A stretch of DNA of 64,000 nucleotides from the human T2T-CHM13v2.0 reference genome, Homo sapiens, in NCBI RefSeq assembly GCF_009914755.1, contig NC_060930.1; one strand, written 5' to 3'. Positions 27,141 to 43,745 of this stretch are shown here, piece after piece; positions within the stretch are counted from its first letter, which is position 1, and every line of letters begins with the position of its first letter. The notes under the pieces are model-generated. The model had not been told where the DNA came from. It made no database searches and saw only the letters and a list, made by a program, of their open reading frames with translations. Made by a program: the position numbers and the translations under genes.

Positions 27141-28512
27141 CTTTTAGTTATCTAATGCTGCATAAGAAAGGGCTTCAAAACTGTTGATGAAAAGAGTCAA
27201 ACTGTAAAATATTTGAAGAGATTTATTTTGAGACAAATATGAGGACTATGATTTGTTACATAGCCCCAGGATGTTCTGAGTGTATGTGCCCAAGGTGGTT
27301 GGGTAATAGCTTGGTTTTATATGTTTTAGGAAGGCATAAGCCATCAATCAACACATGTAAGATGCACATTGGTTTATTCTGGAAAGGCAGGATATTTGAA
27401 GTGGGGCTTCCAGATCATAGATAAATTCAAAGATTTTCTGATTGACAATTGATTGAAAGAATTGTTATTATCTAAAGCCCTGTAATCAATAAAAAGAAGT
27501 GTCTGGGGGTAAGCTAAAGAGTTGTAGAGACTAAGGCTTTTTTTTTTTTTTAATCATGCAGATGAAGCATCTAGGTAACAGGCTTCGGAGAGAATACATT
27601 GTAAATATTTTTTACCAGACTAAAAAAGGTACCAGACTCATAACTAATTCTCTCCTGGATTGGAGAAAAGACTTAGAAAGAGAAGAGGAATCTTTACAGA
27701 ATATGGATTTTCCCCCACAAGAGACAGCTTTGCAGGGTTATTTCAAAATAAGTCAAAAATATATTTTGAGGTAAAAAATGTTGACTTATTTCAGGACCTA
27801 CTATCTGTCATGTTGGTATCTTATTCCTACAGAGTCTGTTTCATCAGTCTTAAGGTCTGTTTTTAAGTTAATGCTGGTCAGTTTTTCATTAATTCCAAAA
27901 GGAGGAGAGTATAATGAGGCCTGCATGACCCCCTCTTTCCCATCACGGCCTGAACTAGTTTTTCAGGTTATCTTTGGAATGCCCTCAGCTAAGAGGAGGG
28001 TCCACACACTCAATTGGTTGGGGGACTTAGAACTTTATTTTTGGTTTATAAAACTTAGTGGCTAACAGTACAACTTTTAATTTGTTTCCTTCCAGTTTTA
28101 CAATTTGGACATCAACAGCTGTGCTCCACATGGCATCAACAGGTTGACTTTACTGAGGTCAACAGTCCACCTCTAATGTGGCCTCTCTCACATTTCTGGA
28201 ACGTTAGTGCAGGCTGCCAACTGGGGACTCAGCTGAGGCTGCTGTCTAGGAATTTAGGTTATCCTTTTTGTGACATCTCCACTTGGGCAAGCTGGACTGC
28301 TTGTAGCATGGGGCATGGGGCCTTGGGGTAGTCAGACTTATTACATGGTGGATAGAATTCCCTAGACCACAAAAACTATTATCTAACAAGCTTCCTTAAA
28401 GCTTAGATCCTGAATGGGTGCACCTATGATTCTTCTGCCTTGTGTTAAAGAAGGTCATGAGCCAGCTAAGATTCAATGGGAAGGAACTGCACAGATGTAT
28501 AAATACAGGGAA
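27141..28512 (-). mobile_element. MLT1F/G/H-type MaLR LTR, split by a MER4 insertion
   Basis: ttagttatctaatgctgcataag..caaaac rejoins ttagtggct across the MER4; ctggggactcagctgaggctg..ggtagtcagacttattacatggtgg. Confidence 0.75.
27182..28050 (-). mobile_element. MER4-family (MER4D/E-like) ERV1 solo LTR
   Basis: tgttgatgaaaagagtcaaac...tttatttttggtttata ends; 4-bp TSD AAAC at 27178-27181 and 28051-28054. Confidence 0.9.
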
Positions 28513-29118
28513 CCAGTAAAGTAATATTACCTCTCAATAAATAATTTTCTATCTAATTTCCAAAAGCATAAACCAAAATGCTTTTAGTTAGTATAAATTT
28601 CATTTTAACTTAAGACAAACACATGTATATGCTCAAATTTGTTTAACACTTTAATATCAGAGTAGCTAAACTTAAATGCCTTTTGTGAAAGCAATATAAA
28701 GTCTTAGGGCAGAATTCTATGTATTTCATCCATATTTCCTGTTACTTAAGAAGATGTAGTAATGTTTATGCTCTCTTTATCAGATTAGGAATTCACTCAT
28801 AGCAAGATTTCTCAAATTCTATTTCCGCAATATATAATACTCTTTGGGTTCATCAAAAGCAATAGTAATGTGGAGTTAAGTCCTTTTGTTAAAAGGGCTT
28901 TGATTTCATGTAGTAGTAGATGGTAAAATAGTAATGATAATTCAAACTACTGATTTGTGATAGTTGTTTTTAAGGCTAATTGAAATATAACCAAATTTCC
29001 CAATGACAAATTTACTTTTTAAATTAATATTAGATACATATTGGAAGCTAATTTTTGTTTATTTAAGTCCCTCATGCTATCATTTACTGAACAGTACACC
29101 AAAGTTATAGTTTCTAAT

Positions 29119-29283
29119 CGTAAACCAAAAATAAAATTCTAAGCCCCCCAACCATCTGAATGGATCTCTCCTCTTAGCCAAGAGCATTGCAAAGTTAACC
29201 TGAAAAACTAGTTCAGGCCATTGTGGGAAGGGGAGCCTGACGTGCCTCATTATACCCTTCACCCTTTTGGAATTACTGATAGC
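29119..29283 (+). mobile_element. MER4A-type LTR, first ~165 bp only
   Basis: gtaaaccaaaaataaaattctaagccccccaaccatctgaatgga..ggaattactgatag, then an abrupt end. Confidence 0.88.
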
Positions 29284-29611
29284 AGGGAGTGGTTTCCATT
29301 ATGTGTTTCTCTAATGGTAGTGCTGTCCAATATTCTATACATACATTAGAAAATTTAGTTTAATTCCATAATTAAAACACTTTCTCACAGAAATAAACTG
29401 GCTTTATGTAAAATAATCTGTATTGTCTAACACTACATAAATAATAAGCTGAGTAATGTATTACATAATTAAAGACAAACAGATACAGTTAAGAAAATTC
29501 TATCATTATCTCTTATAAATAACAACCTCGTGATCTTGAATTTTGATGCTTCTAAGGACAGATTACCATCACAAAGTGGCTGGCAAAACAAATTTCACTG
29601 AAAGCATCTCA

Positions 29612-30349
29612 CAGTTGACTCTTGAACAACATGGAGGTTAGGGGCACCAACACCCTGCACAGTCAAAAATCTTTGGACTTCTCAAAAACTTAACTACAAA
29701 TCGTTATTGTTGACCGAAAGCCTTACCAATAATTTAGTCAATTAGTACACTTTTTATATTATATATATTACATATTTCATTCTTACATAAAGTAAGGTAA
29801 AGAAAATGTTATTAAGAAAATCATAAAGAAGATAAATATATTTAGTAATCATTAAGTGAAAGAGGATAATTATAAAGGTCTTCATCTTTGTCATCTTCAC
29901 ATTGACTAGGCTAAAGAGAAGGAGTAAGATGAGGGGTTGTTCTTGCTGTCTCAGGGTGGCAAAGACAAAAGAAAATCCACATATAATTAGACCTACTCAG
30001 TTCAAACCTGTATTTTTAAGAATCAGGCCAGGTACGGTGGCTTACACCTGTAATCTAGTACTTTGGGAGGCTGAGGTGGGCAGATCACCTGAGGTCAGGA
30101 TTTCAAGACCACCCTGGCCAGCATGGTGAAACTTTGTCTCTACTAAAAATACAAAAATTAGCTGGGTGCAGTGGTGCATGCCTGTAATCCCAGCTACTCA
30201 GGAGGCAGAGGCAGGAGAATCCCTTGAACTCAGGAGGCAGAGGTTTCAGTGAGCCAAGAACATGCCACTGCACTCCCGCCTGGGTGACAGAAAGAGATTC
30301 TGTCTCAAAAAAAAAAAAAGAAGAAGAAAGAAAAAAAAGGAACCAACTG
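29612..30349 (-). mobile_element. Tigger2a (MER28) DNA transposon with an Alu inserted in one TIR
   Basis: TIR cagttgactcttgaacaac at 29612; other end caactg+TA at 30344-30351; internal tcttgctgtctcagggtggc. Confidence 0.88.
30026..30338 (+). mobile_element. AluSx-type
   Basis: gggcagatcacctgaggtcagga; A-rich tail; degenerate TSD aagaatca/aggaacca. Confidence 0.95.
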
Positions 30350-30432
30350 TATTTGCATTTAAAAACACAATTATTGTTTTGGGTATTGCTCTACACAATT
30401 TAAAAATATTTGAAAAATTATATCTATAGTTT

Positions 30433-30630
30433 GAAAAAATGGTTGGGTACTATGCTTAAACTTTACCCCACTCCATTCCTCCCCCCATAGTAGGCTCCAG
30501 TGTCTACTGTTGCCATCTTCATGTTCATGAGTACCCAAAATTTAGTTCCCACTTATAAGTGAGAAAATGTGGTTATTTGTTTTCTATTCCTGTGTAATTT
30601 GCTTAGGATTATGGCCTCCAGCTGCACCCA
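30433..30630 (-). mobile_element. L1PA15/16-type 3' UTR fragment
   Basis: ccagtgtctactgttgccatcttcatgttcatgagtaccc..cccacttataagtgagaa..ggcctccagctgcaccca. Confidence 0.85.
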
Positions 30631-31956
30631 TTATAAAGCTCCAAAATAATCTCCTTTGACTCTGGATCTCATATCTGGGATGCATTGCTGCAGGGGGTAG
30701 GCTCCCAAAGCCTTTGGCAGCTCCACCCCTATAGTTTTGCAGTGTTTGGCCCTCAAGGTTGCTCTCACATGTTAGTGTTGATAGTTTGCTACTTTTCCAG
30801 GTGCAGGGTGCAAACGGCTGATGGATCTACCATTCTCTGACGTGGAAGACAGTGGCCCCCTTTGCATAGCTCCACTATGCAGTACCTTAGTGGGGGCTCT
30901 GTGTGGGGGCTCCAACTCCACATTTCCCCTTGGCACTGCCCTAGTTGAAGTTCTCTGTGAGCACTCTGCCCCCACAGCAGGCTTCTTCCTGGGTACTCAG
31001 GTTTTTCCATACATATTTGGAAATCTAGGCAGAGTACCAAGCCTCAATCAGTCTTGCACTCTGTGCAACCACAGGCTTAACACCATATGGTAGCCACCAA
31101 GCTTATGATAACGTGTGTTCTCTAGGGCAGCAACACAAGCAGTATATGGGATACTTTGAGCCTAGGCTGGAGCCAGAACAGCCAAGTTGCAGGAAGCAGT
31201 GTCCTGAAGCTATTTAGGGCAGTGGGGCCATGGCTCCCAGCACACAAAACCAATCAGTCCTCCTAGGCCTCAAGGCTTATGATGGAAGGGGCTGCTGTGA
31301 AGATCTCTGAAATGCCTCCAAGGCCCTTTTTTCCCATTTTCTTGAATATCAGCACTTGGCTCCATTTTACTTATACAAACCTCTCTAGCAAATGGTTACC
31401 CCATAGCCTGCTTAAATTCCTCTTCCCAAAAAGCTTTTTCTTTCTCTGGCATATTGCTAGGCTGCAAATTTTCCAAATGTTTGTACTCTGCTTCCCTTTT
31501 AAATATAAAGTCCAACTTTAAGTCTTTTCTTTGCTCCCACAGGTGAGCATAAGCTCTTAGAAGCAACCAGATTACCTCTTGAATGCTTTGCTGCTTAGCA
31601 CTTTTTTTTGCCGAATACATTCTGAAGTTCAAACTTCCACAGATCCCTAGGGCGTGAAAAAAAATGCAACCAAGTTCTCTGCTAAAGCATAACAAATATG
31701 ACCTTTGCTCCAGTTTCCAATAAGTTTGTCATTTCCATCTAAGACCTCATCAGCCTGAACACTGTTCACATTACTATCAGCATTTAGGTCACATCCATTT
31801 AACCAGTCTTCAAGAAGTTCCAACTTTTCCTTATCTTCCTGTCTTATTCTAAATCCTCCAAACCTTTCCAACTTATGCCTGTTACTCAGTTCCAAAGTCA
31901 TTTCCACATTTTCAGGTATTTTTATAGCAATGCCCAGCTCCTTGATACCAATTTTC
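30631..31956 (-). mobile_element. MSTA internal region (MaLR), 3' part deleted
   Basis: ORFs 31647-31907 (LELLEDWLNGCD..LIGNWSKGHICYALAENL) and 31396-31695 are MaLR internal ORF relics; homologous to 62499-63818. Confidence 0.9.
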
Positions 31957-32367
31957 TGTATTAGGCCATTCTTTCATTGCTATAAAGAAATACCTGAGAC
32001 TGGGTAATTTATTTTAAAAAGAGGGAGGTTTAATTGGCTCACAGTTTTTCAGGCTTTACAGGAAGTATGGTGTTAGCATCTGCTCAGCTTCTGGGGAGGC
32101 CTCGGGGAGCTTTTAATCATAGCAGAAGGTAAAGCAGGAGTAAGTGAAAGAAAGGAGGGGAGATTGAGGTGCCACACATTTTTAAATTATCAGGTCTCAC
32201 AATAACTCACTCATTATCATGAGGACAGTTTTAAGGAGACAACGCTCAAACATTTATGAAAACTTCAACTCCATGATCCAATTACCTGCCACAAGGCCTC
32301 ACCTCTAATACTGGGTATTACAATTAAACATGTGATATGGGTGGGGATAAAAATACAAACTATACCA
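31957..32367 (-). mobile_element. MSTA 5' LTR
   Basis: tgtattaggccattctttcattgctataaagaaatacctgagactggg...caaactatacca. Confidence 0.9.
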
Positions 32368-34775
<2,408 letters not shown>

Positions 34776-35858
34776 AAGAATAGCAACGTCTGCTCTGAGA
34801 CAGCAGATTATATTTTATCCAGCTTTCCACTGTGTGCCTTTTAAGTGGAACACTTAAGCCATCTACATTCAAAGCTAAGTGGGAGCAATTAGGCCAGTTA
34901 CATTCAAGGTTAATATGTGAGGTTTGGGTCCCATCGTGAAATTTTTAGCTAGTTGCTTTGTAGTTTCTATCTTATGCTTGCTTGGTAGGGTCTGTGTGCT
35001 ACATACTTATGTGTGTTTTTGTGGTAGTAGGTATGGTTCTTTTGTTTCTATGCCTAGAACTCCCTCAATGATTTCTTGCAAAGCTCATTTAGGGGTAATG
35101 AATTCTCTTAGCCCTTACTTATCTGGAAAAGATTCTTTTTCTCCTTCATTTTTGAAGCGTGGTTTGGCAGCATATAACTTTGTTGGAATTTCTTTTTCTT
35201 AAGAATGCTAAAAATCGTCCCCCAATCTCTCCTGGTTGGTAAGGTTTATGCTGAGAAATCCACTGTTAGACTGATGGGGTTCCCTCTGTAGATGACCTGT
35301 CCTTTTTCGCTAGCTGCCTTTAAGAGCTTTTCCTTAGCACATGGAGAGTCTAGTGACTATATGTCTTTGTGATGTTCATTTTGTAAAGTATCTGGCAGAT
35401 GTTCTCTGGATTTCTCATATCTGAATGTCTACTTTTCTAGCAAAATCAGGACAATTTTGTTAAATTATTCTCTCATTTATATTTTCCAGATTGTTTATTT
35501 TATCTCATTCTCTTTCAGGATTGCCAATAATTCACAGATTTTGTTGCTTTATATAACCCCATATATCTCAAAGGCGGTTCATGTTTTATAATTCATTTTT
35601 TTTCATTTTTGTCTGACTTAGTTAAAAAGACCAGTCTTCAAGCTCTGAAATTTCTTCTTATGCTTGGTCCAGTCTATTGGTAACGCTTCCAATTTTATTT
35701 TGAAATTCTTTAAGTGAGATTTTTAATTTCAGAAGGTCTGATTGATTTCTTTTTACCATGGTTATCTCTTTTTTCATTTCCTGGATTCCTTTAGAAGTTT
35801 CTTTGTCTTAATTTGTAACCTTGGATTTCATTGAGCTACCTTGCAATTCATGCTTTCA

Positions 35859-36169
35859 TTTTTTTTATTTATGTATTTATTTTATTTTTTTATTTTTTTA
35901 GACAGAGTCTTGCTCTGTTACCCAGGCTGGAGTTTAGTGGTGATCTTGGCTCACTGCAACCTGCACCTCCTGGACTCAAGCAATTCTCCTGCCTCGGCCT
36001 CATGAGTTGCTGGGACTACACACCACGCCCAGCTAACTTGTGTATCTTCAGCAGAGATGGGGTTTCACTATGTTGTCCAGGTTGATCTTGAACTCCTAAC
36101 CTCAAATAATCATCCCACCTCAGCATCCCAAAGTGCTGGGATTACAGACGTGAGCTACTGTGCTTGGCC
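35859..36169 (-). mobile_element. AluJ/old AluS in L1 ORF1
   Basis: Antisense Alu with small deletions; TSD catgcttt at 35849 and 36170. Confidence 0.92.
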
Positions 36170-36386
36170 CATGCTTTGAATTCTTTATCTGTCATTTCTA
36201 AGTTTCTATTTCAGTCAGGGACCATTACTAGAGAGCTAGTGAAATCCTGTGGTGGTCACTACATTCAGATTTTTCATGGTGCCAGAATTCTTACACTGGT
36301 TACTTCTCATACTGAGATGCTGGCACTTCTAAATTTTGTAATTATTTTCCTGTGGGTAAGATTTTTCTTTTTCTTTCTTTCCCTGT

Positions 36387-36390
36387 ATTA

Positions 36391-36431
<41 letters not shown>
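36387..36431. repeat. (TAT)n microsatellite
   Basis: About 14 TAT units. Confidence 0.95.
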
Positions 36432-36432
<1 letters not shown>

Positions 36433-36904
36433 CTTTCTCTCCCCTCCCTCAGGGGTTTGACTATAGAGAATACTGGGTAAGGTGTTTTGGCTTTGCTTCT
36501 GTAGCCCTATGCACTTCTTTTAGCAGGCTTTACATTGGGTTGTGGAGTGCAACCTAGAAATCTGCAGAAAGCTGGCTGCAGCCAATGTGTCTGGGTATAT
36601 CCTTGATCCTTGTTTACTAGCAGAAGCTCTTTTGCTTAAGGTAACAGGCTGATTTGTGGAATGTATAGTGGTCTGAGCTCCTTGTTCAGCCCTGTCGGGT
36701 AGGAACCATGAAGGGCAGGGCCAGACTGGGTAGGTCCCTCTACAGGTTCCCTGATGGTAGGCACCGGTACCAGCACCAAGAGAAAATCTATTAATAGTAG
36801 GAAACCACCAGTGGGCAGCACCCAGAGGTGTGAAGCAGGGGATCCTCCTCATTCCCAAGTTCTCTGCAAAGGGAGGGGGTGACCTATACTCTCAATCCAG
36901 GGAG

Positions 36905-37320
36905 TTGGTGCTACAGATGCCTGGAGATTTGCCTGGGCATGGGCATGGGCCCATGGATCTTGGGCCCCCTGCACCAAGATCTCTGCACAGGAGAGGTGGG
37001 GTGACTCACACTGCTGAATCAGGCAAGTAGGTGCGCTGAATGCCTCTAGATTTGCCTATGTGTAGAGCAGAGAGGGCCTCCCTGCATCATAGTCTTTGCC
37101 CAGGAAGGGTCTGGGAGCTCAGGCTGCTGAACCAGGCAAGTGGGTGTTCCAAATGCCTGGAGATCTACCTGGACATGGAGCAGATAGAGCCCAGCTGCAC
37201 CAAGATCTATGTCAAGGAAGCATGAGACAGCTCAGGCTGCTGAACCAGGCAAGTGGATGCTCCAAATGCCTGGATTTCTGCCTAAGGGTAGAGCTGAGAG
37301 GGCCTTCATGCACCACAATA
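36905..37320. repeat. Four ~113-bp monomers in the L1 5' UTR
   Basis: atgcct anchor at 36917, 37040, 37153 and 37266. Confidence 0.85.
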
Positions 37321-38019
37321 TCAGGAGATCGAGCAGGCTGGGGCACCAAGCAACAGGGTGTGGACCCAGTTTTAGAGTGCTAAGCTGTCCCTGGCTACAA
37401 GTCCTGCTGCCTAGGAGAAAATGCAGCTGTAGCAGTACTTCTCTGGAGCCCCTAGAGAATTTGCTTGGTATGTATAAGGAAGGGCACTTTGATATTCACA
37501 GAAACTATTAAGAAATTGGTCCTAAAGATCTAGAAAACAGAATTCATCAAGGCAGCTGCCCTCCAAGGAAGCTAACCACAGATGATAGCTTCCTCTGCCT
37601 TCCATATTTCCTCACCTGGCTGACCAGAACACTGTATGCTGAATAACCCATGCCTTCAAACTGTTTGAACACAGAGATTAAGTACTTCTGATAAGGCTAA
37701 AGAATTAACATAAGACCAAGGAATAAATCGATAAAAGACATTCTCAGAAGGTATTTATGAAAAACAAGAAACTCCACATTTGCCCTTTATAACCACAGCT
37801 AACCTCTACAAATCTCCAGTGCAAGATGACCTTATCTAACCCCAATTTCTCTAATTCATTCTTATCAGTGTCCTACTTCTTGATCCTGTGACCTATACTG
37901 GTCTTGTCTCAAACAGGCAAGAAATATTGGTAATAGAATTATGAATAAATTAAATGAATAAATGCAGCTTATCTACAATATTAAATTGTTTATGTATCCA
38001 TATTTTAAAAATGGAAACT

Positions 38020-38477
38020 CATTTCTTTTTGTTTCTAATAAAAGTAATATGTGTTTATTCATTGAAAATATGTATAGAAGTTTAAGACCTCTCATAATCT
38101 TACCCTGTAACTTATCTCTTTAACTCCTAAAACAAATTAATTTGGGCATGTAACTTATAAACACAAAGGCACATATACACACACGCTACAGTGCTTATTT
38201 AACTTAATACATATGCTTTGAATATTTTAACGGCTGAATTGTTTACTACTGCCTTCATTCACTATATTTTTAAAGCAATTTAGTGTACATTTAAAGCATA
38301 GATTATTTGATCAATCTGACAAGCATTTTTTTCTGCCTGCAATTGCTTTTTTACTGTTGCAGAAATTACTTGTAAACATCTTAGGGCATACATATTTACA
38401 CATTTCTATTTTGTTCTCATTTAATTTGTATACATATTGTTAAATTGTTCTTTTAAATTGACATATCAATTTACATT
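38020..38477 (-). mobile_element. L1ME-type fragment
   Basis: gtaaacatcttagggcatacatattt..atattgttaaattgttctt..atcaatttacatt, an antisense L1M 3' region. Confidence 0.5.
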
Positions 38478-38756
38478 ATGGAGTCTCGCTCTGTCGCCTA
38501 GGCTGGAGTGCAGTGATGCTATCTCAGCTCACTGCAAGCTCTGCTTCCCGGGTTCACGCCATTCTCCTGCCTCAGCCTCCTGAGTAGCTGGGACTACAGG
38601 CGCCCGCCACTATGCCCGGCTAATTTTTTTGTATTTTTAGTAGAGACGGGGTTTCACCGTGTTAGCCAGGATGGTCTCTATCTCCTGACCTCGTGATCCG
38701 CCCGCCTCGGCCTCCCAAAGTGCTGGGATTACAGGCATGAGCCACCGCACCTGGCC
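38478..38756 (-). mobile_element. AluY without poly(A) tail
   Basis: AluY diagnostics gcaagctc, ttcacgccattc, gtgttagccaggatggtctc; no T run to the left of atggagtctc. Confidence 0.95.
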
Positions 38757-38991
38757 TCCGTTACTATTATTTTCAAGGTGGTATGTACTGACACCTTTAC
38801 ATATCAGGGGATACTAATCAATTTTTAAAATATTTTAATATTTTCTTGCTCATTTCAGTAGGATTTTGAATGTCATAGGAAATACAGAAATAAATAATTG
38901 ATATCCCAGAACTACAAGTCAGGAGAAACATTTAGTACACTAATTTGAAGTATTTTTATAATTTTCATTTGTTATTTAAAAAGAAAATTAC

Positions 38992-39305
38992 AGCTGTGTC
39001 TAGTGGCTTGCACCTGTAATCCCAGCACTGTGGGAGGCCAAGGCATAAGGCTTGTTGAGTCCAGGAGTTGAAGACCAGCCTGGTCAACATGGCAAGACTC
39101 CATCTTTACAAAGAAAGAAAGAAAAAAAAAAACAGAAAGAAAACTAGCCAGGCAGGTATGGTGCACTCCTGCAGTCCTAGTTACTCGAAGGCTGAGGTAG
39201 GAGAATTCCTTGAGCCCAGCCGGGAGGTTGAGGTTGCCATGAGCTGTGATCACACTATTGTACTCCAGCTTGGGGGACAGAGTAAGACCCTATCTCTAAA
39301 AAAAT
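38992..39305 (+). mobile_element. AluJ (Jo-like)
   Basis: Diverged dimer with an expanded middle A-rich linker. Confidence 0.92.
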
Positions 39306-39510
39306 ATAGTAAGTTAGAAATGTTTTATTCTATAAAAATATATTTTATTTTATAGATTTGCTAAAGAACACTAATCCTCTAAAGTAAAAAGAACACAGAA
39401 ATTTCTAGTAGTCATACCTTTTTAAAATATTTGTCAGGTTTTACAAATAATTTTAATATATAGAAAATCAGAATATCAAAATACTTGACATAAAATGGAA
39501 ATTTCATTAT

Positions 39511-39674
39511 ATATGTGTGTATTACACACAAATATATTGTGTATGTGTGTATTACACACAAATATATTGTATATGTGTGTAATACACACATATATATTGT
39601 ATATGTGTGTATTACACACATATATATTGTATATGTGTGTATTACACACATATATATTGTATATGTGTGTATTA
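39511..39674. repeat. 30-bp palindromic minisatellite, ~5.5 units
   Basis: atatgtgtgtattacacaca(a/t)atatattgt at 39511, 39541, 39571, 39601, 39631, partial at 39661. Confidence 0.97.
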
Positions 39675-40101
39675 TATTTATTTGCATACATCTCAGCTAT
39701 AAACTGAAATCGAGATAAGGAAGTCCTATCACATTGTTACTGGCATGTCTATGCTTAGGGTAGAAGACTGTTAACTGAAGGCAAATACAAACATGCTCTA
39801 ACTTAAGAACACAATACAATAGCTTTGGTGAGTTAAGCTCTTTTTATTCCAAAGCAAATGCTAATGAAAAGTTCCATTAGGAAAGAGTTGCCAAGGGGAG
39901 AAAGAAACAAGTCAAATACAAAGTTAGAGAAAAGGGTGATTCTGTATGGTGCCTCAGATCAGACTTCAGCCATTCCTTCTTTCTGCTCACCACTAAGAAG
40001 CCCCAGTAAGCTGCTTCCATGGTAAATCTGGACCCTGCGATAGCAGAAACAGGTGTTTCTGAATTGCCTTTCTACTTTCCTATAGACAGATCACTGCCAT
40101 T

Positions 40102-40165
40102 TCTCTCTCTCTCTCTATATATATATATATGCATATATACATAAATAGATATATGTACATATATA
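40102..40165. repeat. (CT)n(AT)n compound microsatellite
   Basis: ctctctctct..atatatatat. Confidence 0.9.
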
Positions 40166-40651
40166 CAGATATTTGTACATATGTATATGTACAGATATTT
40201 GTACATATGTATATGTATCTATTTATGTATATATGCACTTAATTTCATATGTATATATCTGTAAGTTCACTGACCCTGAAGATATTGCAGGTTTGATTCC
40301 AGACTGCTGTAATAAAGTGCCCCACAAATTTTTATACTTATATTATAAAAAATATATTTGTATATTTATATAAACATATGCAAACAGATATTTGTACATA
40401 TGTATATATGCCTATTTATGTATATATGCACTTATTTAAATATGTACATATTTGTAAGTTCAGACAGACCTTGGAGATATTGCAGGTTTGGTTCCACACT
40501 GCCATAACAAAGTGAATCACAAATTTTTATATTATATTTATATTATAAAAATATACACTTATACATATATAAACACAGTTATTTGTGCCTATGTATATGT
40601 ATCTATTTATGTCTATATGCGCTTATGTATATATGTATGTATTTGTAAATT

Positions 40652-42922
<2,271 letters not shown>

Positions 42923-43745
42923 ATATATAGCATTGTACACAATGTTATCTAAAGAAAAATTGTTTTTGATTATAAAAACTTCCTCTTTAGTCAAGGCTTT
43001 TAACATGGAGCAGATTTTTTGAATAAAATGGAAAGTTTCCAGCACATTGAAATGTGTATTGAAACATCTTACGTTTTTAGATAAAAATTTGTATTTATTT
43101 TCATATTATCATTAAATTTTAAATGATCATTGCATTTTTATTTAAAAAAATACTTTAAAGTTTGAGGGAGAGAAGAGAGAATGAACACTGCTTTCCTGTA
43201 ATAGTATTTGGACAGCTACCATTTAATAGCTTACAGCCACTTGGCCTTTCTCTCACAGAATGGCAGATTGTTTCTGTGAGATTAGAAACCAAAACAACAA
43301 CAAAAAACTATGTAATTCACATTTCATAAATTTATTTTATTATGTAATATATATTTAATATAATTAAATTAGAATTACATATATAAATATATTTAACTTC
43401 AGTATTCAAAATAAGAATTATTATATCTTTGCACAATATATTCATCTAGTAGCCTCACGCTCACTCTTTTAAACCACTACTTGGTTTAACTTTATATGTT
43501 TTTGCTGTCATGCAAACAGTTTTCTATAATCAAAAGGCAAATGTTCAACTTTGCCACGCTTATTCTTCTGGTTCAGTCCTTAAAAAAAAAAACAACAAGA
43601 ATACAAGGCATGTTTCTGCCTACTTATTGCTGGACACGTTATTAAGTGACTATCCAGATTCACTTCTGTTAGAGGCAATGTTGTTATTTTTAGGAAGCTG
43701 GAAAAGATAACTATAAACAATTGCAACTAATGAAAAATAGTAGTT

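Larger units (their letters stand above)
34788..37450 (-). mobile_element. Host L1 (L1PA15/16-type) ORF1 and 5' UTR
   Basis: Antisense ORF1 sequence (gctgagaaatccactgttagactgatggggttccct); GC-richer 5' UTR from ~36450 with tandem monomers. Confidence 0.8.

Noticed and set aside
39412-39718. Repetitive ORFs on both strands (HTYTIYMCV...)
   Set aside because: Translation of the 30-bp minisatellite.
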